A stretch of DNA of 64,000 nucleotides. It comes from Acidithiobacillus sp. (lineage in GTDB: Bacteria > Pseudomonadota > Gammaproteobacteria > Acidithiobacillales > Acidithiobacillaceae). Position 1 is the first letter of the stretch, and every line of letters begins with the position of its first letter. The position numbers and the translations under genes were made by a program. The notes beneath the pieces are model-generated. The model was given only the letters and a program-made list of their open reading frames with translations, searched no databases and had not been told where the DNA came from. This document shows positions 58,898-64,000 of this stretch, in pieces. The stretch covers positions 11,060 through 75,059 of the forward strand of contig NZ_DAHVHY010000001.1 in assembly GCF_027322205.1 (NCBI RefSeq). Reading direction: 5' to 3'.

Positions 58898-59667
58898 GCC
58901 TCATTCTCCAGCGTGATATAGACAGGCGCGTGATCTGACGGGCGCTCTGCTGCCCGCGCAGCGCGGTCGATGACGACATCCCGAGTGCATGCAAGGAGTG
59001 AAGCCGAGGCCAGGATCAGGTCGATGCGCAGCCCCTGATTGCGCCGGAACGCAGCCGCGCGGTAATCCCACCAGCTCCACGTCTGCGCGTCCGGGTACAG
59101 GCTACGGTAACTATCATGCAATCCGAGACTCAACAGAGCACCCAGCGCCGCCCGTTCGGGAGCCGAGCAAAGGATGCCATCCCCCCAGACCGTAGCGTCG
59201 TAAACATCACGGTCGTCAGGGGCAATATTGAAATCCCCTACCAGCAGCAGTTGCGGCCAGCGCTGCAATTCCTCGGCAATCAGCGCACGCAGGCGCCCCA
59301 ACCACTGTAATTTATAGGGATACTTGTCGCTGTCCAGAGACTGACCGTTAGGCACATAAACATTGATGACACGCAAGTCACCGAAGCAGGCGGCGCACAG
59401 TCGTGCCTGCCCGTCGCCACCACCTGGCCAGTCGCAGCGGGCGTCGTCGGGCGCTGTCCGGCTCAGTATGGCGACACCGTTATAAGTCGGCTGACCGTGA
59501 TAGAGCGACTGATAGCCTGCGTCCGCCAGTGCGGCCACCGGGAAACGCGCATCGACCAGCTTTGTCTCCTGCAGACAAAGGACATCGGGCTGCTCGTTAC
59601 CCAGCCATTCCAATACTTGCGGGAGACGCACCTTCAGAGAATTAACGTTCCAGGTGGCAATTTTCAC
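58894..59667 (-). CDS. xth: Exodeoxyribonuclease III
   Basis: ATWNVNS, LQETK, YVPNG, GDFNIAP, WWDYR, GLRIDLIL, SDHAPV; GTG start. Confidence 0.93.
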   Translation of the reverse strand: MKIATWNVNSLKVRLPQVLEWLGNEQPDVLCLQETKLVDARFPVAALADAGYQSLYHGQPTYNGVAILSRTAPDDARCDWPGGGDGQARLCAACFGDLRVINVYVPNGQSLDSDKYPYKLQWLGRLRALIAEELQRWPQLLLVGDFNIAPDDRDVYDATVWGDGILCSAPERAALGALLSLGLHDSYRSLYPDAQTWSWWDYRAAAFRRNQGLRIDLILASASLLACTRDVVIDRAARAAERPSDHAPVYITLENEA

Positions 59668-59672
59668 GAAAA

Positions 59673-60275
59673 TTACTGTGGCGCAGTGGCATTGATGCTG
59701 GGACGTTGACGCAGGGCGTGCATCCAGGTCGTCAAATCCGGGAATTGCAGCAAGAAATCCGGTGCGCGCAGATCGACATAACCCACTGCAGCGACGGTCA
59801 CAATCTGTGCCAGAGTCAGCACCGGTAGGGCGCGGGCCTCTTTCCACGCACACGTCTCTTCCTGCAGCATGGCCAGCGCCGCTAGAACCCTGCCGCGGGC
59901 ACGTTGCAACATACCGGCATCCTGGCAATCTTTACTGTGGCGTTGCTCCAACACCCAGGCAACCGTGGTATCCATAATGCCGCTGGCCAGCGCCTCAATC
60001 CGCAATGTCTCAATGCGGGCCTCCGGATCATGGGGGATGATGGCTGGTTCAGGGCGCAGAATTTCCAGATATTGGATGATCACTGCTGAGTCATATACGG
60101 CCGAGCCGTCATTACGCACCAGCACGGGGATCTTGCCCAGGGGATTGTGCTCCAGTGCCCCATGGTCGGCGGCGCGGAGATCCACCCACTCCAAAGCACA
60201 GGGGATATTCTTTTCCAGCAGTGCGATACGCACCTTCCGGGCATAGGGGCTGGTCTGCGTAGCATAAAGTCGCAT
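59673..60275 (-). CDS. Glutathione S-transferase family protein
   Basis: TSPYARKVR, NPLGKIPVL, YDSAVIIQYL. Confidence 0.9.
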   Translation of the reverse strand: MRLYATQTSPYARKVRIALLEKNIPCALEWVDLRAADHGALEHNPLGKIPVLVRNDGSAVYDSAVIIQYLEILRPEPAIIPHDPEARIETLRIEALASGIMDTTVAWVLEQRHSKDCQDAGMLQRARGRVLAALAMLQEETCAWKEARALPVLTLAQIVTVAAVGYVDLRAPDFLLQFPDLTTWMHALRQRPSINATAPQ

Positions 60276-60368
60276 TTTCAATCTCTCCTTTTCTGCTGAA
60301 TCCGGACGACTATCTGTTATCATGACGAAAGCATCGCTCCAAGCCAACCCCAGAAAGATAAACAAACC

Positions 60369-61205
60369 ATGAATTACGACCACCACCATCACGCCGGCAA
60401 TGCTGCCGACTGCATCAAGCATCTGGCCCTGAGTCTCACTTTGCATGCCCTGATCCGTAAGGACACGCCGCTCGCTTACATCGACACCCACGCGGGCGCG
60501 GGACGATATACACTGAGCGCGCAAGGGGAACACTTGCAGGGCGTTGCGCGCCTCTGGGCGGACCGGCGCAGCCTGCCGCATGCGGGCGCCTGGCTGAAAA
60601 TCATCAGCAATGAGAACAGCGACGGTGTATTACGCCACTATCCCGGCTCACCCGTCCTCGCCGCCGCCCTGCTCCGACCTACCGACCGGATGGTGCTCTG
60701 CGAACAGCAGCCCGAAGTAGCGACCCGTCTGCGCAAGGCGATGGGCAAGCGGGCGCACACCAGCATCATCGGCGAAGACGGTTATCGCACCCTCTTCGGG
60801 CTGATTCCCCCGCCTGAAAAACGTGGCCTGATCCTGATCGACCCGCCCTTTGAACGCAGAGACGAATGGGAACGCCTCCCGAACACCCTGATCCGCGCCT
60901 ATCAGCGCTGGCCGCAAGGGGTGTATCTCGTCTGGTACCCGGTAAAAATCCGCGGTACGATCACTAGGTTGTGGCAGACCTTGCGTGAACACCTGCCCGC
61001 TTTTGCCTGTGAACTGTTGCAGATGCCGGAAGAAGGCCGGGAACAGCTTTTTGGTAGCGGGCTGATTGTGGTGAATCCACCCTGGGGCCTGCGCGAGGCA
61101 CTGACCGCCGCCCTGACAGAACTGGGTCCACTGCTCACTGCGTCACAAAGCGGTGGATTGTGGTCTCTGCGTTGCCAAGGCTGGTCGGGTCCGGATAAGG
61201 CTTAA
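60369..61205 (+). CDS. rlmJ: 23S rRNA m6A2030 methyltransferase
   Basis: HAGNAADCIKH, DTHAGAG, YPGSP, LIDPPFE, WYP, GSGLIVVNPPW. Confidence 0.92.
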   Translation: MNYDHHHHAGNAADCIKHLALSLTLHALIRKDTPLAYIDTHAGAGRYTLSAQGEHLQGVARLWADRRSLPHAGAWLKIISNENSDGVLRHYPGSPVLAAALLRPTDRMVLCEQQPEVATRLRKAMGKRAHTSIIGEDGYRTLFGLIPPPEKRGLILIDPPFERRDEWERLPNTLIRAYQRWPQGVYLVWYPVKIRGTITRLWQTLREHLPAFACELLQMPEEGREQLFGSGLIVVNPPWGLREALTAALTELGPLLTASQSGGLWSLRCQGWSGPDKA

Positions 61206-61280
61206 TCGTCGCATACCAAATGCCACCATTCGATCCATCACCGCGTATTTTAATGGATGATTTATCAGCAAGGAATAACC

Positions 61281-61565
61281 ATGAGTACCTCGACACTGCC
61301 TAATATCGACCATGTGCGCAAGCTGCTCCTCTACGGCGGACCGCTCGCGCAACTTCAGGGAGAACTGGTCAAACAGCCCGGCCAGGAAATCAGTGTTGCC
61401 GTGCTCTATCAACTGGCCCTGCGCCATGGTGTTATCAGCCCGACGGCGGCGCGGGAAGGACTCGCCCTGCTCGCTACGGCAGGTACCGCTGGCGACACCG
61501 GGCGTGCCATTCTGGAACGGGTACTGACCGAAGGGGATTTTTTGGCCGTGCGGGTAATGCGTTGA
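61281..61565 (+). CDS. Small hypothetical protein, DUF2322-like
   Basis: LPNIDHV..QPGQEISVAVLYQL..AAREGLALLA resembles DUF2322 as I recall it; AAGGA RBS. Confidence 0.55.
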   Translation: MSTSTLPNIDHVRKLLLYGGPLAQLQGELVKQPGQEISVAVLYQLALRHGVISPTAAREGLALLATAGTAGDTGRAILERVLTEGDFLAVRVMR

Positions 61566-61577
61566 GTGGTCGTGACC

Positions 61578-62339
61578 ATGCGCCTTTATAGCTGGAATGT
61601 GAACGGCTGGCGCGCCGCCTGGCGCAAGGGTTTGCGCGACTGGGTCGCGGCGACGCAACCGGATCTGTTCTGCATACAGGAAAGCAAAGCCAATCCGGAC
61701 CGCCTGCCAGCGGCGGAAACCATACTGGCGGGCTACGATGGCCTCTGGGCTGTTGCCGAACGTCCCGGTTACAGCGGCGTAGCCACTTTCAGCAAAGCAT
61801 CCTGCCGATCGGTAGCAACAGGATTGGGCATTCCCCGCTTCGACCGGGAAGGGCGCGTGGCCATCACCGACTGCGGTGATTTCGATCTGTACAATGTCTA
61901 CTTTCCCAACGGCAAGAAAGATCATGAACGTCTGGCCTTCAAACTGGATTTCTACGCCGCCTTCCTGGAGCGGATCAACGCCCGGGTGGCCGCGGGTCGG
62001 CCGGTGGTGTTCTGCGGAGATGTCAACACCGCCCACCAGGCCATCGATCTGGCGCGCCCCAAAGAGAATGCGAAAATATCGGGATTTCTCCCCGAGGAAC
62101 GAGCCTGCCTGGACCAATGGGCGGCGGCTGGCTGGGTGGACAGCTTCCGTCACCTGCACCCGGATACCGTGCGCTATTCCTGGTGGAGTCAGCGCACCAA
62201 TGCCCGCGCCCGCAATATTGGCTGGCGCCTGGATTATTTCTGGGTACACGAGAGCCTGCTACCGCGCCTGCGCGGGGCGGGGATCGCCACCGAAGTGACG
62301 GGCTCCGATCACTGCCCGGTCTGGCTGGAGTTGGACTGA
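61578..62339 (+). CDS. Exodeoxyribonuclease III family, ExoA-like AP endonuclease
   Basis: SWNVNG, IQESK, YFPNG, GDVNTAH, YSWWSQR, NIGWRLDYF, SDHCPV. Confidence 0.93.
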   Translation: MRLYSWNVNGWRAAWRKGLRDWVAATQPDLFCIQESKANPDRLPAAETILAGYDGLWAVAERPGYSGVATFSKASCRSVATGLGIPRFDREGRVAITDCGDFDLYNVYFPNGKKDHERLAFKLDFYAAFLERINARVAAGRPVVFCGDVNTAHQAIDLARPKENAKISGFLPEERACLDQWAAAGWVDSFRHLHPDTVRYSWWSQRTNARARNIGWRLDYFWVHESLLPRLRGAGIATEVTGSDHCPVWLELD

Positions 62340-63251
62340 ATGAATCTCGAACAATATGCCGCCATCGCTCGCTCCACCCTGCATACGGTAATCGACTACC
62401 GGCGTTGGGGAGCCAGCCGTTTTGCCGCTGCCGGGCTCGACTTCAGTCAGGGCCAGCAGCACCCCCGCGCCGAAGCCGACACGCTCCTCGCGCGAGCGCT
62501 GCACCTGGAGCCGGAAGACCTTGCAGAACTCGGCGCGGCCCGTCTGCTGGACAGCGAGAAGCGGGTAACACTCAACTACTTCTACCAGCGGGAGATGCTC
62601 CGCCGTCCCGCCGCCTACATCACTGGCGAAGCCTGGTTTGCCGGACTGCGTTTTAGCGTCGATGAACGCGTCCTCATTCCCCGCAGCCTGCTTGAACCGT
62701 TTATTGAAGAGGGCTTCGCACCCTGGGTAGAGGCGTCGCAGGTGCAGCGCATTTTGGAGATCGGCACTGGCTCCGGCTGTATGGCCATCGCCCTGGCCCT
62801 GCGCTTTCCGGATACCGAAGTGGATGCAGTAGATATTTCCGCCGAGGCCCTCGCCGTAGCCCGCACGAATGTGCAACGCTATGGCCTGGAGGAGCGCGTG
62901 CATCTGCATCAGTCCGACCTCTTCGCCGCATTGGATGGACAGCGCTACGACCTGATCCTCAGCAACCCGCCCTATGTGGACGCGGCAGCCATGGCAGAGC
63001 TGCCCCCCGAATACCGGCACGAACCCCATCTCGCCTTGGCCGCCGGCGACGATGGCCTGGATTGCCTGCTCCCCCTGTTGGAGCAGGCGCCACACCACCT
63101 GCAGACGGGCGGCGTGCTGGTGGTGGAAACCGGCGATGCCGAAGAGGCCCTCATCCGCCGCCGTCCCGACCTGCCCCTGATCTGGCTGGAGCATCCGGCG
63201 GGCGGCTCCGGCGCCTTTCTGGTCGTAGCCGCAGCCGACGGCGGATTTTAG
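62340..63251 (+). CDS. prmB: Ribosomal protein L3 glutamine methyltransferase
   Basis: PAAYITGEAWF, VDERVLIPRS, IGTGSGC, SNPPY, HEP..AL. Confidence 0.92.
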   Translation: MNLEQYAAIARSTLHTVIDYRRWGASRFAAAGLDFSQGQQHPRAEADTLLARALHLEPEDLAELGAARLLDSEKRVTLNYFYQREMLRRPAAYITGEAWFAGLRFSVDERVLIPRSLLEPFIEEGFAPWVEASQVQRILEIGTGSGCMAIALALRFPDTEVDAVDISAEALAVARTNVQRYGLEERVHLHQSDLFAALDGQRYDLILSNPPYVDAAAMAELPPEYRHEPHLALAAGDDGLDCLLPLLEQAPHHLQTGGVLVVETGDAEEALIRRRPDLPLIWLEHPAGGSGAFLVVAAADGGF

Positions 63252-63265
63252 GGACCCACGCAGGC

Positions 63266-63319
63266 TCAGTCCGGCGTCGCCAGTAGATCCAGGAAAGCGC
63301 GCATCGCCCGCGAGTGAAA
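63266..63319 (-). pseudogene. Possible C-terminal remnant of a LysR-type regulator
   Basis: Minus frame reads FHSRAMRAFLDLLATPD-stop, resembling LysR C-terminal helices; preceded by in-frame stops. Confidence 0.45.
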
Positions 63320-63340
63320 TTAGCGTTAGCGTTAGCGTTA
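63320..63340. repeat. Hexamer tandem repeat (TTAGCG)3 + TTA
   Basis: TTAGCG at 63320, 63326 and 63332, read directly. Confidence 0.9.
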
Positions 63341-63370
63341 AATTAGGACAACTTCCAAGGATCCAGCTTC

Positions 63371-64000
63371 GTGGAAACATCGCCGTCCCTTTCTAAAACC
63401 TGGCCCCTCTTTGCGGGGGTAGGCCTCGCCCTCGGTATGGGCTCCTTCGACGGCGCCTCGGTGCAGGGTATTTTTCCCTACGTCGCGGGCGGCCTCTCCA
63501 CCAGCAGCGATCATGCCCTCTGGACCCTGACCTACTTCATTGTCCACTGGTCACTGGGGATTACCCTGATGCCCTGGACGACAGCCCGCTTCGGGATGCG
63601 CCGCGTCTTTCAGGTGGCGGTTGCCGTGGCTATGGTGGGCACCGTCATCAGCGCGGTGACCAACAATCTCTGGATTATGCTGCTGTCCCGTGCTCTGGAA
63701 GGCGTCGCCGCGGGGCTTCTCGTTCCCCTGAGTCAGAGTCTTTTTCTGCGCCACAGCCCCAGCCAGCACCATGGTCTGGTGACCATATTCTGGAGTAATG
63801 CCATGTTGGTGCCTTTCTTCTTCGGGCCGACCATCGGCGGCCTGCTGGCGACGGAACTGGGCTATCGCAGCATTTTCCTGCTTTCCCTGCCGATCTGGGG
63901 CGCCGCCCTGTTTCTGGGCAGCATGGGCATCCCCAAAGAGCAGGGCAATCCCCAAACCCCGCCCTTCGATAGCTGGGGCTTCGGCCTGCTCTATGGCGGG
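63371..64000 (+). CDS. DHA2/EmrB-family MFS efflux transporter (3' end outside window)
   Basis: Open frame from GTG to window end: MGSFDGASV..W.LT.F..ARFGMRRVF..SRALEG.AAG..GPTIGG..FLLSLP; absent from the ORF track because it has no stop. Confidence 0.88.
   Translation, partial: METSPSLSKTWPLFAGVGLALGMGSFDGASVQGIFPYVAGGLSTSSDHALWTLTYFIVHWSLGITLMPWTTARFGMRRVFQVAVAVAMVGTVISAVTNNLWIMLLSRALEGVAAGLLVPLSQSLFLRHSPSQHHGLVTIFWSNAMLVPFFFGPTIGGLLATELGYRSIFLLSLPIWGAALFLGSMGIPKEQGNPQTPPFDSWGFGLLYGG

Noticed and set aside
63320-63340. Tandem repeat considered as a CRISPR or telomere-like array
   Set aside because: Only three 6-nt units, no spacers and no cas genes; no repeat-spacer array seen anywhere in the window

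Overview
A high-GC proteobacterial chromosome segment. Gene order and protein style suggest Acidithiobacillus (inference, not a database result). About 70% is core housekeeping: the sspA 3' end, fadD, a tRNA nucleotidyltransferase, rnpB, a complete dcw cluster (mraZ to ftsZ), aroQ-accBC-prmA-fis, a long minus-strand run (gst-xth-hemH-slyD-anmK-aroE-pilB-pilS-pilR-pilD-coaE-zapD-fbp), rlmJ, a second xth, prmB and a partial EmrB-type MFS gene. The main feature is an ~18 kb lower-GC island (~28.75-47.1 kb) between fbp and sspB. It encodes an apparently intact xanthomonadin/aryl-polyene-type type II PKS: KS, CLF, ACP, FabG, two hotdog dehydratases, an aryl-AMP ligase and a Hyg5-type chorismatase. 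It also carries a flavin-dependent halogenase with intact motifs, a CPA2 antiporter, a CE4 deacetylase, a GT2, two acyltransferases, a LolA-like carrier and an MMPL exporter. Together these predict a possibly halogenated aryl-polyene glycolipid. Other notable items: the tRNA nucleotidyltransferase lacks about 10 residues of the flexible loop (the CC-adding signature); a diiron ferritin-like + LRV-repeat gene pair sits where lpxC usually follows ftsZ; PilR has a GAYSGA loop; and a 17-codon LysR-like C-terminal remnant abuts a (TTAGCG)3 repeat upstream of the MFS gene. No tRNA, rRNA, IS, integrase or CRISPR array was recognised.
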